From the NCBI GenBank assembly GCA_963662265.2, contig CAXXHA010000024.1, positions 1 through 64,000 on the forward strand: 64,000 nt of DNA. The letters are read 5' to 3'. The notes beneath the pieces are model-generated. The model was not told where the DNA came from. It was given only the letters and a program-made list of their open reading frames with translations, and did no database searches. Shown here in pieces: positions 10,824-20,290 of this stretch. Source of the DNA: Spirochaetia bacterium (GTDB lineage Bacteria; Spirochaetota; Spirochaetia; CADAEX01). Within the stretch, counting starts at the first letter, position 1; the number at the start of each line of letters is the position of its first letter. The translations under genes were made by a program, and so were the position numbers.

Positions 10824-11507
10824 TTGGAAAAACTTTACTCCAGAATGGAAAATCATGTCTCCCGGGAACGGCTTGAAAAAATCAAAGCTGTTTCCCGGGA
10901 AAGAACCAGATATATTTCAGTTGTTCTGAACAATATCTATTATACCCAAAATATAAGCGCTGTAGTCAGGAGCTGTGACTGTTTCGGGATACAGGACCTC
11001 TACATAACAGGTAATTCTCCTTCCACCCATGTAAACAAGCATGTTGCCCTGGGCGCTACTAACTGGGTTGATATACACAGGAAAACATATCTTTCTGATA
11101 CAGAGACTCTTAAAGATTTAAAAAGACGGGGATACAGGATTGTTGTAACCCTGCCTGAACAAGGGGCAACATCTCTCCATGATTTTGATCTGGAAAAAGG
11201 TAAGGCGGCAGTTGTTCTGGGTAATGAAAAAGAGGGAGTGAGTGATGAAGTGAGGGACCTGGCAGATGAATACTTATATATTCCAATGTCAGGCTTTTCA
11301 CAGTCTCTCAATATTTCTGTTTCTGCAGCTGTGATAATCTCTGAACTTGTACGGAAACTTTCTGTTTCAGATATAAAATGGAAGATTGCAGGAGATGAGC
11401 TTGAACAGCTCAGGTACAGGTGGATAAAAAACTCTGTAAAGTGGGGTGAAAGAATTGAGGATGAATACCTTGTGAGAATGGGACATCCGAATGATCAGGC
11501 AGAGTAA
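10824..11507 (+). CDS. TrmH/SpoU family RNA 2'-O-methyltransferase
   Basis: NISAVVRSCDCFG, LGNEKEGVS and IPMSGFSQSLNISVSAA SPOUT motifs. Confidence 0.9.
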   Translation: MEKLYSRMENHVSRERLEKIKAVSRERTRYISVVLNNIYYTQNISAVVRSCDCFGIQDLYITGNSPSTHVNKHVALGATNWVDIHRKTYLSDTETLKDLKRRGYRIVVTLPEQGATSLHDFDLEKGKAAVVLGNEKEGVSDEVRDLADEYLYIPMSGFSQSLNISVSAAVIISELVRKLSVSDIKWKIAGDELEQLRYRWIKNSVKWGERIEDEYLVRMGHPNDQAE

Positions 11508-11666
11508 AAAAACTGATTCTTGAAATCCTTTTTTTTTTAAATTAGTATTATTTATGATGATTAATTTGCAATTGATAGATTAAACTTAATACTGTAAATG
11601 ATATATAGCAATATTTTATTAAATATTAAAAACAACCCTGCTGAAAGATCATGTTTTCGGTTAAGA

Positions 11667-14600
11667 ATGAAATCACTCTATATTCTTTCTTTTCTGTTTT
11701 TTTCCGTATTCAATTTATATTCCAGTGATATTCTGACTGAAAGCGAGCGTGATTGGCTGGAATATAATATTGAAAGCCTGCCTCTCTGGTTTAACCCGGA
11801 TTTCCCTCCCTTTGAATTTTCAGATCACTCAGGCAGTTTTACCGGAGTCGGAGCTGACATATTCCGTTTGATCGAAGAACGCCTGGGAGTCAGTTTTTCA
11901 AAAAAACTTTGTCCTGACTGGAATGATCATTTGAAAGGACTTGAAACGGGAGAATGTTCAATTGCCCCTGTTATAGTCAGAACTGAAGAAAGAGAAAAAT
12001 ATATCCAGTTTACCACACCTTATTCAGAAATACCTGTAGTTATAATAGGAACAGATAAAGTCGGCAATAATTTAAATATAAAAAAACTTGAAAGCTATAG
12101 AGTTGCTGTTGTAAAGGGGTATGCGACAGAAGATTATATAAGAAAGCAGCCTGATATAAAAAATATTTTTACGGTGGAATCGGTAGAAAAGGGACTCCAG
12201 GCTGTAGCATTTGGTCAGGCTGATGTCTTTCTTGAAAATCTTGCCGTAGCATCCTATTTCATAAGTAAGCTCGGAATATCAAATTTGCAGATCGCAGGTT
12301 TTACTGATTATAAATTTATTTTCAGGCTGGGTATTAGCAGTAAATACCCGGTTCTTTTCAGTATTATCCAGAAGGCTCTTTCAGATATCAGCGAAGAGGA
12401 GAATAACGAGGTTTATGATAAATGGGTAAAGCTCAAATCCGATAAACTATCGCCCGGAATAAAACGTTTATTATTTTCCGCTCTGATATTTCTGGCAATA
12501 CTTCTTGCCGGGATATCATTGCTGATATTCGGGCTTAAAAAGAGGCTGAAGACAACATCGTCGGGATTGCTGAAAGAGACTGAAGAAAAGAAACATATTG
12601 AAGCCCGCTTTGAAAGCCTTTTCATGAATGCTCCCATACCTCTGCTGGAAGCAGAAAACAGTGGAAGGGTTTTAAAAATAAATAATGCTTTCTATGATGC
12701 TACAGGGTACAGTATCAGCGATATCCCTGATATTGATTCCTGGTGGCCTCTTGCATATCCTGACCCGGTTTTCAGAGAAAAGGTTAAACGGGATTGGGAG
12801 CTGCAGTTCAGCAAAACAAGTCAGGGAGAAAAACAGATTGAGGGTGGAGTCTTCCGGATAAGGTGTAAAACCGGTATAGACAGGTTTTTTATAATCGGGG
12901 CAAGCCGGCTTGATGACAGGTATATTGTATCTATGATTGATATCACAGACCGGTATAATATCCAGAAAGAGGTGGAAAAGAGCAGGGACACATTTTTTAC
13001 ACTTTTTGAACTAGCCCCTTTCGCATGCGTGATATCAGATTATGAAGGACATTTTCTGATGGTTAACCAGCATTTCTGCGAGAGAGTTGGTCTTAAGCGG
13101 GATGAAATCATAGGAAAGACAAATATTGATCTGAACAGAATTGTTGATCCGGCTGCAAGCAGTGTGATTGCTGGAGATATTCGCAAGAATGGTTACAGTC
13201 CTCCCATGGAAATATTTATCAATGACAACGGCAGTGAAACATATGCCCTTTTTTCAAGCAGGGTCATAGAATGGGAAGGTCAGAATGCTATATTAAGCGC
13301 TACTGTAAATATCACTGAAATAAAGCAGTTTGAGAAGGAATTGAGGGTTAAAGAGGAAAACCTTCGGGTTACTATGAATTCCCTGAAAGAAGGTGTTGTT
13401 GTAACAGATGTTGCCGGGCATATAATACGTGTCAACAGGGCTGCAGAAGAAATGATCGGGATGAAAGAATATGATGCTTCCGGCCGGAAACTGGGGAGTT
13501 TTCTTTTCTTTACTGATGCAAGGACAAAAGAACCTGTGCAAAAAGTCTGCCGTTCAGATGATTTCAATATTCATCCGGAAGGATTTACAGACCATTATAT
13601 TATGAAAGAAAATGACGGGAAAGAGCATCATATTTTAACTTCCTGTGCTCCAGTAAGAAATGACAGAGATGAAATTTCCGGGATTGTTATTGTTTTTCAT
13701 GATGTTTCAGAGGAACAGCGCCTTCAGGAACAACTCAGGCAGTCAGATAAAATGAATGCAATAGGCAAGCTTGCCGGGGGTGTTGCGCATGATTTCAACA
13801 ATATGCTTGGAATTATTATAGGATACAGCGACCTTGCAATGGAGAAAGCCAGGAATGATTCAGAACTTTCTGATTACCTGAAGCAGGTTCTAGATGCGGC
13901 ACACCGTTCCTCGCAGCTTACAAGAAGACTTCTTGTGTTTGCCCGTAAACAGACAATAGCCCCTATAATTCTGGATCTTAACGAAGTTATCGGAAATATT
14001 CTTGATATGCTGAAACAGCTCCTTGGTGAGAATATAAGAGTTGTATGGAAACCATGTGAAGAAAAAGCCGTAGTAAATATTGATCCGGGTCAGGTTGACC
14101 AGGTGCTGGCGAATTTATGCGTTAATGCAAGGGATGCTATTGATGATAACGGAGAAATTATCATAGAAACAGAAAAAGTTTTATTGACTGAAGAATACTG
14201 TTCTTATAATTCCGATGCAGTACCCGGGGATTATATTATGCTTGCAGTATCTGATAACGGATCGGGGATGAGCAGGGATATAATTTCCAGGATTTTTGAA
14301 CCGTTTTTCACTACTAAGTCAAATGATCAGGGAACAGGAATCGGGCTTTCCACAGTATTCGGAATAGTCAAACAGAACAGCGGTTTTATAAATGTATACA
14401 GCGAACCGGGGCAGGGCAGTACTTTTAAGATATTTATTCCCAGGGCTGAAAAGAGTCCTTCTGACAAAGGGGAGTCAGTAAGTGAAATAACCGAAGATCT
14501 TCTCGGACGTGAAACAATAATGGTTGTAGAAGATCAGGAAATTCTCTTAAGCACAGCGACAATGATACTTTCTAATTCCGGTTACAAGGTATTGCCTGCA

Positions 14601-14873
14601 AGTTCTTCCCTGGAAGCAATACAGATAGCAGAAGAAAATAAAATGAAAATAGATATGCTTTTTTCTGATCTTGTACTGCCTGAAATGAACGGCTATAAGC
14701 TTTATAGGCATATTCTGACCTATCATCCCGGGATAAAAAAGCTTTTTACATCAGGATATACAGAAAATGCTGCTAAATTTCTTGAAGATGCAGATTTAAA
14801 ACTGGAATTTATTTCTAAACCCTATACAAAGAAAGAACTGCTTACAAGGATCAGAAAACTGCTTGATAGCTGA
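11667..14873 (+). CDS. Hybrid sensor histidine kinase (periplasmic SBP, 3 PAS, HisKA, HATPase, receiver)
   Basis: Signal peptide from ATG 11667, PPFEF SBP_bac_3-like domain, LAGGVAHDFNN H-box, NARDA, DNGSG, GTGIGLS, receiver VVEDQ...SDLVLP...KP. Confidence 0.9.
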   Translation: MKSLYILSFLFFSVFNLYSSDILTESERDWLEYNIESLPLWFNPDFPPFEFSDHSGSFTGVGADIFRLIEERLGVSFSKKLCPDWNDHLKGLETGECSIAPVIVRTEEREKYIQFTTPYSEIPVVIIGTDKVGNNLNIKKLESYRVAVVKGYATEDYIRKQPDIKNIFTVESVEKGLQAVAFGQADVFLENLAVASYFISKLGISNLQIAGFTDYKFIFRLGISSKYPVLFSIIQKALSDISEEENNEVYDKWVKLKSDKLSPGIKRLLFSALIFLAILLAGISLLIFGLKKRLKTTSSGLLKETEEKKHIEARFESLFMNAPIPLLEAENSGRVLKINNAFYDATGYSISDIPDIDSWWPLAYPDPVFREKVKRDWELQFSKTSQGEKQIEGGVFRIRCKTGIDRFFIIGASRLDDRYIVSMIDITDRYNIQKEVEKSRDTFFTLFELAPFACVISDYEGHFLMVNQHFCERVGLKRDEIIGKTNIDLNRIVDPAASSVIAGDIRKNGYSPPMEIFINDNGSETYALFSSRVIEWEGQNAILSATVNITEIKQFEKELRVKEENLRVTMNSLKEGVVVTDVAGHIIRVNRAAEEMIGMKEYDASGRKLGSFLFFTDARTKEPVQKVCRSDDFNIHPEGFTDHYIMKENDGKEHHILTSCAPVRNDRDEISGIVIVFHDVSEEQRLQEQLRQSDKMNAIGKLAGGVAHDFNNMLGIIIGYSDLAMEKARNDSELSDYLKQVLDAAHRSSQLTRRLLVFARKQTIAPIILDLNEVIGNILDMLKQLLGENIRVVWKPCEEKAVVNIDPGQVDQVLANLCVNARDAIDDNGEIIIETEKVLLTEEYCSYNSDAVPGDYIMLAVSDNGSGMSRDIISRIFEPFFTTKSNDQGTGIGLSTVFGIVKQNSGFINVYSEPGQGSTFKIFIPRAEKSPSDKGESVSEITEDLLGRETIMVVEDQEILLSTATMILSNSGYKVLPASSSLEAIQIAEENKMKIDMLFSDLVLPEMNGYKLYRHILTYHPGIKKLFTSGYTENAAKFLEDADLKLEFISKPYTKKELLTRIRKLLDS

Positions 14874-15139
14874 ATGATTTTATTGTACTTGATAAAAATT
14901 TATAATGTCGATATAATAAGTTCTTAACAGCAAAGTATTTATTGTGATTAACTGTTTTGCGAGGTTTCCAATGCATTGTTTGATGTAGTGGGGATTCAAA
15001 CAAAACTGTGAAGGTGAAAGCAATAAAGAAAAGCATTCTATTAGAACTGGGGTCTTTTCAGGGTCTTTAAAATAATCCGAAGGCAATGATATATGCTACA
15101 TTCAGGTGGCATAATGTGAGCATTCAATATATGTGAAAC

Positions 15140-15186
15140 ATAGGCACTCTAACTCTATTTAAAGAGTTGGAGTGCCTATTTTTTTT
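15140..15186 (+). terminator. Intrinsic terminator/attenuator directly upstream of ablA
   Basis: 17-bp stem ATAGGCACTCTAACTCT / AGAGTTGGAGTGCCTAT (one G-U), 6-nt loop and a T8 tract ending 6 nt before the AGGAG RBS of ablA. Confidence 0.85.
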
Positions 15187-15203
15187 GCCAAAAGGAGTTT
15201 TAA

Positions 15204-16508
15204 ATGGTAAATGTTATTCAAAAAAAGATTATTGAAACAGTTGATGAGGAGGATTTTACGAAATGGGAAAACTGGAAATGGCATCTGAGAAACAGGGTTA
15301 CCCGCCCTGAAAAATTTGAAGAGCTGATGGGAATTGAGTTTCCCGAAGAAGTTAAAGAGAATTTGAAAAAAACAATTGGAAAATTTCCAATGTCAGTCAC
15401 TCCATATTACTTATCACTGATTGATCCGGATGATTATCTGAATGATCCTGTATTTAAGCAGTGTTTTCCCTCTGTTAAGGAACTTTGCGTCGGGGAAAAC
15501 GAGATGAGTGATCCTCTTCATGAAGATGAAGACAGTCCTGTTGAAGGAATTACGCACAGGTATCCAGACAGGGTTCTTTTTCTTGTCAGCAATATGTGTT
15601 CCATGTACTGCAGGCACTGTACAAGAAAAAGAAAAGTTGGAGATGTTGATTTTATACCTGACAGGAAAACTCTTGAAAAAGGACTTGATTATATCAGGAA
15701 CACACCCCAGGTCAGGGACGTCCTTTTGAGCGGAGGAGATCCTCTGATGCTTGATGATGATGATCTTGAATGGATCCTTTCAGAACTGTATAAAATAGAG
15801 CATGTGGAAATCGTAAGAATTGGAAGCCGTATGCCGGTAGTACTTCCCCAGAGAATTACTGATTCTCTATTAAATGTCCTTAAAAAATATCACAAAGTGT
15901 GGATAAATACGCATTTTAACCATCCCCAGGAAATAACCAGAGCCTCAAAAAAAGCAATTAATAAGATTGCTGATGCCGGAATTCCTGTAGGAAATCAGTC
16001 TGTATTGCTTGCCGGTGTAAATGACTGCCCTGTTATAATGAAAAGACTGATGCATCTTCTGGTAAAAAACAGAGTCAGGCCTTACTATTTATACCAGTGT
16101 GATATGTCTGAAGGGCTTGAGCATTTCAGGACACCTGTCGGAAAGGGTATTCAGATTATGGAAAGCCTGATAGGTCATACAACCGGATTTTGTGTCCCGA
16201 CTTATGTTATTGATGCTCCGGGAGGGGGCGGTAAAATCCCTGTTATGCCGAATTATCTGATATCCTGGTCTTCAAACAGAGTAGTACTCAGGAATTACGA
16301 AGGGGTGATTACCTGTTACAAGGAACCTGATTCCTATCAGTACCAGTCATGTGACAAAAACTGCAGCGACTGTGACCTTCAGCTTAAACTTGATGAAGGG
16401 GTTGAACATGCTTCAGGAATAGAGATGCTTCTTGCTGATTATGATGATACTGTTTCCCTGATTCCCCAGGACAATGACAGAATAAACAGGAGGTTGGGGG
16501 ATGAATAA
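15204..16508 (+). CDS. ablA: Lysine 2,3-aminomutase (radical SAM/PLP), AblA/KamA
   Basis: [18 protein letters not shown] (CxxxCxxC), [14 protein letters not shown] and [10 protein letters not shown]; overlaps ablB. Confidence 0.95.
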   Translation: MVNVIQKKIIETVDEEDFTKWENWKWHLRNRVTRPEKFEELMGIEFPEEVKENLKKTIGKFPMSVTPYYLSLIDPDDYLNDPVFKQCFPSVKELCVGENEMSDPLHEDEDSPVEGITHRYPDRVLFLVSNMCSMYCRHCTRKRKVGDVDFIPDRKTLEKGLDYIRNTPQVRDVLLSGGDPLMLDDDDLEWILSELYKIEHVEIVRIGSRMPVVLPQRITDSLLNVLKKYHKVWINTHFNHPQEITRASKKAINKIADAGIPVGNQSVLLAGVNDCPVIMKRLMHLLVKNRVRPYYLYQCDMSEGLEHFRTPVGKGIQIMESLIGHTTGFCVPTYVIDAPGGGGKIPVMPNYLISWSSNRVVLRNYEGVITCYKEPDSYQYQSCDKNCSDCDLQLKLDEGVEHASGIEMLLADYDDTVSLIPQDNDRINRRLGDE

Positions 16509-17343
16509 TTATGATACTGTTTCAAAGTATCAGGGAGGGGTGATTCAGCATGGATCATTTAATGACAGAATATATCTTATAAAACCTCCTGATTCTGTTG
16601 ATTCCGGTTTTGTTGATTCCCTGATTTCACTTGCTGAAAACAAAAAATACAGCAAGATTTTTGCCAAAGTACAAATGAAGCATTACAGGGTGTTTTATGA
16701 CAGGGGATTTGTAAAAGAAGCATTAGTCCCCAGGTTTTACACAGATAATGAATCTGCTGTCTTTATGGGGTATTATTTAAATAAAGCCAGGATGGCAGAC
16801 CCGAATACTGATAAATATAATGAAATAATTGAAAAATGCAGTATTAAGAATAATAACTTGCCAGTACTCAATGATGGATACAAAATTGTAAAGTGTTCTG
16901 AAAAAGATATACCACAGCTTTCTGCTATTTATGGAGAAGTATTCAGTTCATATCCGTTTCCAGTTCATGATAAAAAATATCTTGAAAAGACAATGAATAG
17001 AAATGTTGATTATTTCGGTGTAGAAAAAGGCTCAAAACTTGTAGCTGTCTCCTCGGCTGAAAAGGATTTTGAACAAAAGAATGCTGAAATGACAGACTTT
17101 GCAACTATACCTGAATACAGGGGGAAAGGCCTTTCGCAGCTGCTTCTGCTGAAAATGGAAAATGAGCTTGAAAGAAAGGGATTCAGGACTTTTTATACAA
17201 TTGCAAGAGCTGTATCACCTGGCATGAATATAACTTTTTCAAAGCTTGGTTATGAATATAACGGACGGCTAATTAATAATACACAGATATGCGGTTCTCT
17301 TGAAAGCATGAATGTATGGTCAAAAGTTTTGACTGTTAAATAA
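16501..17343 (+). CDS. ablB: Beta-lysine N-epsilon-acetyltransferase AblB (GNAT)
   Basis: [35 protein letters not shown] and [15 protein letters not shown]; directly follows lysine 2,3-aminomutase. Confidence 0.9.
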   Translation: MNNYDTVSKYQGGVIQHGSFNDRIYLIKPPDSVDSGFVDSLISLAENKKYSKIFAKVQMKHYRVFYDRGFVKEALVPRFYTDNESAVFMGYYLNKARMADPNTDKYNEIIEKCSIKNNNLPVLNDGYKIVKCSEKDIPQLSAIYGEVFSSYPFPVHDKKYLEKTMNRNVDYFGVEKGSKLVAVSSAEKDFEQKNAEMTDFATIPEYRGKGLSQLLLLKMENELERKGFRTFYTIARAVSPGMNITFSKLGYEYNGRLINNTQICGSLESMNVWSKVLTVK

Positions 17344-17348
17344 TATAA

Positions 17349-17377
17349 CGGCTATGGCACTGTATGTGTCATGGCCA
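17349..17377. terminator. Hairpin between convergent ablB and glycosylase genes
   Basis: GGCTATGGCAC-TGTAT-GTGTCATGGCC stem (with G-U pairs) in a 40-nt convergent gap. Confidence 0.55.
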
Positions 17378-17382
17378 ATTAT

Positions 17383-17874
17383 TTACTGAAGATAATAATT
17401 GACTGATTTCCATTTTTCGAGTTTTTTATCTAAATTGACAGCATGTGCAGGACTTGTTGAGGGAAGCTTTATTAAATTCTTATAATATAATTCTTGATTT
17501 ACATTTTTGACAAAAATATTATAGGCTTTTGTCCCGTTGAAAAATACTGTTTCAATACAGGGATACTCCTTGAAAATCCAGTCAAAATCATTCATAACCG
17601 GGTTTCTTATATCAGAATCAAGACTTCCTTCTCTTTCGCAGCTTTTTATCACATCCCATAGTCCGATCCGGTTATCAAGAAGAAATGCAAGCCTGCTGCT
17701 GTATTCTTCGGGAAGATTTTCATTTAAAAGCCTTTCAATTATCTGCCAGAACTGATTTCTCCTGTTTGCATAATACTGATCTTTTTCAATAGATATTTTA
17801 CCCGGCATTGAACCGAGGATCAGGATACGGGTATTTTTATTTATTACTGGATCAAATGAATTGCAGAGTTTCAC
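17383..17874 (-). CDS. DNA-deoxyinosine (hypoxanthine) glycosylase, UDG superfamily
   Basis: ILILGSMPG..S....YYAN.RNQFW, GLWDV..C.REGSLDSDI and LPSTSPA motifs. Start placed at in-frame GTG 17874 because the longer ORF overlaps the divergent small gene. Confidence 0.85.
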   Translation of the reverse strand: MKLCNSFDPVINKNTRILILGSMPGKISIEKDQYYANRRNQFWQIIERLLNENLPEEYSSRLAFLLDNRIGLWDVIKSCEREGSLDSDIRNPVMNDFDWIFKEYPCIETVFFNGTKAYNIFVKNVNQELYYKNLIKLPSTSPAHAVNLDKKLEKWKSVNYYLQ

Positions 17875-17950
17875 AGGAATACCATAATATTTATTGTCTG
17901 CCCTGGTAAAGATGGTTATTCTGAAATACTGCTGAAAGGAGAGAAATATC

Positions 17951-18148
17951 ATGAAAAGGGAATGCATCTGGTTTCCAGTGTGTCCGATGAAAAAGTATGC
18001 AGAGACAGGCCTTATTGATGACAAATGGGTAAGCAGATACTGTAGAGGAAGCTGGGGAAATTGTATAAGATATCAGATGGAAAGCCGGGGTGAATATCAT
18101 CCCGACAATATGATGCCGGACGGGAGAATTGATGAAAACCTATCTTGA
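17951..18148 (+). CDS. Small conserved-looking Cys-rich protein (65 aa)
   Basis: AGGAG RBS; CIWFPVCPMK...YCRGSWGNCIRY...HPDNMMPDG; overlaps the next gene. Confidence 0.7.
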   Translation: MKRECIWFPVCPMKKYAETGLIDDKWVSRYCRGSWGNCIRYQMESRGEYHPDNMMPDGRIDENLS

Positions 18149-18983
18149 CTGTATTCCCTGTTTCATGTCTCAGGCACTCAGGGCTTCGAGACTTGCAACT
18201 GGAAATGAAACTGATATAAAAAGAGTTCTTGATAAAACAGCTCAGTTTATACAGGAAATGCCTATGGATTATACTCCCCCGAAAATAGGGGAGCATATAT
18301 ATTCATATATTTCGGAAGTTACCGGAAATATTGATCCTTACTATGAAATAAAAAGGAAAAATATAAAGAAAGCTTTTGATCTGTTTGATTATTTTAAAAA
18401 GCGGATGTCGGGAGAGAAAGACAGCCTGAAGGCTGCTGTAATGCTTTCAATTGCAGGTAATGTTATAGATCTGGGTGTCAAAGGATTTATTAATATAGAA
18501 GATGAAATAATCCGGATACTTGAACGCTTTGATGAAATGGATGATTATTCACTCTTCAGGGAAAAACTTGAAAAATCACAGACTGTGCTTTTTCTGGGTG
18601 ACAATTCAGGGGAAGCTGTATTTGACAGGTTTCTGCTTGAGCATCTAAAGGAAAAGAAAACTTTTTTCGCGGTGCGAGATATTCCTGTTATCAACGATAT
18701 AACAGAAAAGGAAGCTGAAATAATACGTCTTGATGAATTTGCTGATATTATCTCATCAGGTGTGAAAGCGCCGGGAACTATACTGAGCCAGGTATCTGAT
18801 GATTTTCTTGATATTTTTAACAATGCAGATATAGTCATAAGCAAGGGGCAGGGGAACTACGAAGCTCTATCATGTGAAAAGAGGGATATATTCTTTCTGC
18901 TTATAGCCAAATGCCCGGTTATTGCGCGTGATATAGGAACGAAAACAGGTACTCCTCATCTTATTTATAAAAAAGAATACTGA
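18132..18983 (+). CDS. DUF89/ARMT1-like damage-control phosphatase
   Basis: MKTYLDCIPC, DPY, AGNVID, DNSGEAVFD, INDIT and SKGQGNYE motifs. Confidence 0.9.
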   Translation: MKTYLDCIPCFMSQALRASRLATGNETDIKRVLDKTAQFIQEMPMDYTPPKIGEHIYSYISEVTGNIDPYYEIKRKNIKKAFDLFDYFKKRMSGEKDSLKAAVMLSIAGNVIDLGVKGFINIEDEIIRILERFDEMDDYSLFREKLEKSQTVLFLGDNSGEAVFDRFLLEHLKEKKTFFAVRDIPVINDITEKEAEIIRLDEFADIISSGVKAPGTILSQVSDDFLDIFNNADIVISKGQGNYEALSCEKRDIFFLLIAKCPVIARDIGTKTGTPHLIYKKEY

Positions 18984-19125
18984 TGATACGACGACGGAAA
19001 TAACTTCTGAAATGAAATACATGAAGCCTGAATTATATTTTTGATGTTTTATGAAAAGATGAAAAAATATTTAATAATATAAATATAATTTTTGCTGTAT
19101 CTGGAACGTCAGATATATCAAAAAT

Positions 19126-19166
19126 AAAACCCCTTCTGTTGGATTTTTATTCAACAAAAGGGGTTC
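19126..19166 (-). terminator. Intrinsic terminator downstream of dapA (copy 1)
   Basis: AACCCCTTCTGTTG...CAACAAAAGGGGTT stem, with an A-run on the + strand that reads as a U tract on the - strand. Confidence 0.7.
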
Positions 19167-19221
19167 ATATTAAAGTTCCGGCTTTTATATAACAATAATA
19201 AGTGATTATAATTTCAGGAAC

Positions 19222-20100
19222 TTATATTAGTCCCATATCTTTCATAACTTTTTTACAGACTGCTTTTAAATCGTCTGACATTTCACAAAGTGGAAGTCTG
19301 TAAGTTTCCTTGATCATTCCCTTGAGCGCCATCATGTATTTTATAGGCACAGGATTTGTATCACAGAATTCTGCTCTGAAGAAGGGAAGGAGAGAGTAGT
19401 GGAGCTTTCTTGCTTTTTCCATTTCGCCTGCAAGAGCAGCCTGGCACATTTCTTCCATTTTTCCCGGAATAAGGTTACTTGCAACAGATACAATACCGCT
19501 TCCGCCCATTGCAATAAGAGCAGTTCCAAGATTGTCATCGCCTGAAAGTACTTCAAAGCTGTCAGGTTTTGCCGCAATGAGATCCATCATCTGATTGAGA
19601 TCTCCGCTTGCCTCTTTAACAGCAACAATATTATCATGCTGGGCAAGTCTGAGCATTGTGGAGTTTTCTATGTTTTTACCGCTTCTTCCCGGAATGTTGT
19701 ATACAAGAACAGGCATCTCAACACTGTCTGCAATAGTCATGAAATGTCTGTAAAAACCTTCCTGGCTTGGTTTATTATAATAAGGTGCTACCTGAAGAGT
19801 AACATCAGCACCTGCATCTTTTGCAAGTTTAGTCAGTCTTATTGCTTCTTCAGTACAGTTTGAACCTGTACCTGCAATTACAGGAACTTTTCCATTAACC
19901 TGTTTTACAACTTTTTCTATAACCATAATATGGTCATCATGATTAAGCGTAGGACTTTCCCCTGTTGTTCCCATTGGTGCAAGACCTGAAATTCCCTCGT
20001 TGATCTGAAAATCTACGAGATCCTTCATTGCTCCGTCATCATAAGATCCGTCTTCATTAAACGGCGTGACAAGTGCTGTAAATACACCTTTTAATTTCAT
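19222..20100 (-). CDS. dapA: 4-hydroxy-tetrahydrodipicolinate synthase, copy 1
   Basis: TALVTPF, GTTGES, PYYNKP, YNIPGR, catalytic VKEA, SGDD and NPVPIK. Confidence 0.93.
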   Translation of the reverse strand: MKLKGVFTALVTPFNEDGSYDDGAMKDLVDFQINEGISGLAPMGTTGESPTLNHDDHIMVIEKVVKQVNGKVPVIAGTGSNCTEEAIRLTKLAKDAGADVTLQVAPYYNKPSQEGFYRHFMTIADSVEMPVLVYNIPGRSGKNIENSTMLRLAQHDNIVAVKEASGDLNQMMDLIAAKPDSFEVLSGDDNLGTALIAMGGSGIVSVASNLIPGKMEEMCQAALAGEMEKARKLHYSLLPFFRAEFCDTNPVPIKYMMALKGMIKETYRLPLCEMSDDLKAVCKKVMKDMGLI

Positions 20101-20290
20101 ATTTAAACTCCTCTATAATGTTGTTTAACAATAAAATATTAAATTTATTATCATTTATTCGGTTAAATTAAAAGAGCAAAAAATGAAAAGATTATGCTTT
20201 TTGTATAATCAATACCTTTTATTATTTTCTTCACGCTAAAATATTAGAATAATCTTCTTAAATGTAATAAACACATTATAATATATGTTG

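Noticed and set aside
14851-15086. Two short minus-strand ORFs in the ablA leader
   Set aside because: No convincing RBS or recognisable motif; likely chance ORFs.
15108-15123. Sigma54-like TGGCAT-N-GC, or T-box-like AGGTGGCA, in the ablA leader
   Set aside because: GG-N10-GC spacing fits but TTGC is absent; the T-box ACCGCG and antiterminator pairing are also absent.
15141-15178. CIRCE-like words TAGGCACTC ... GAGTGCCTA upstream of ablA
   Set aside because: The spacer is 20 nt rather than 9, and the arms are part of a longer stem with a U tract, so it is a terminator.
17875-18024. N-terminal extension of the glycosylase in the ORF track
   Set aside because: Overlaps a divergent gene with a good RBS; family similarity starts near GTG 17874.
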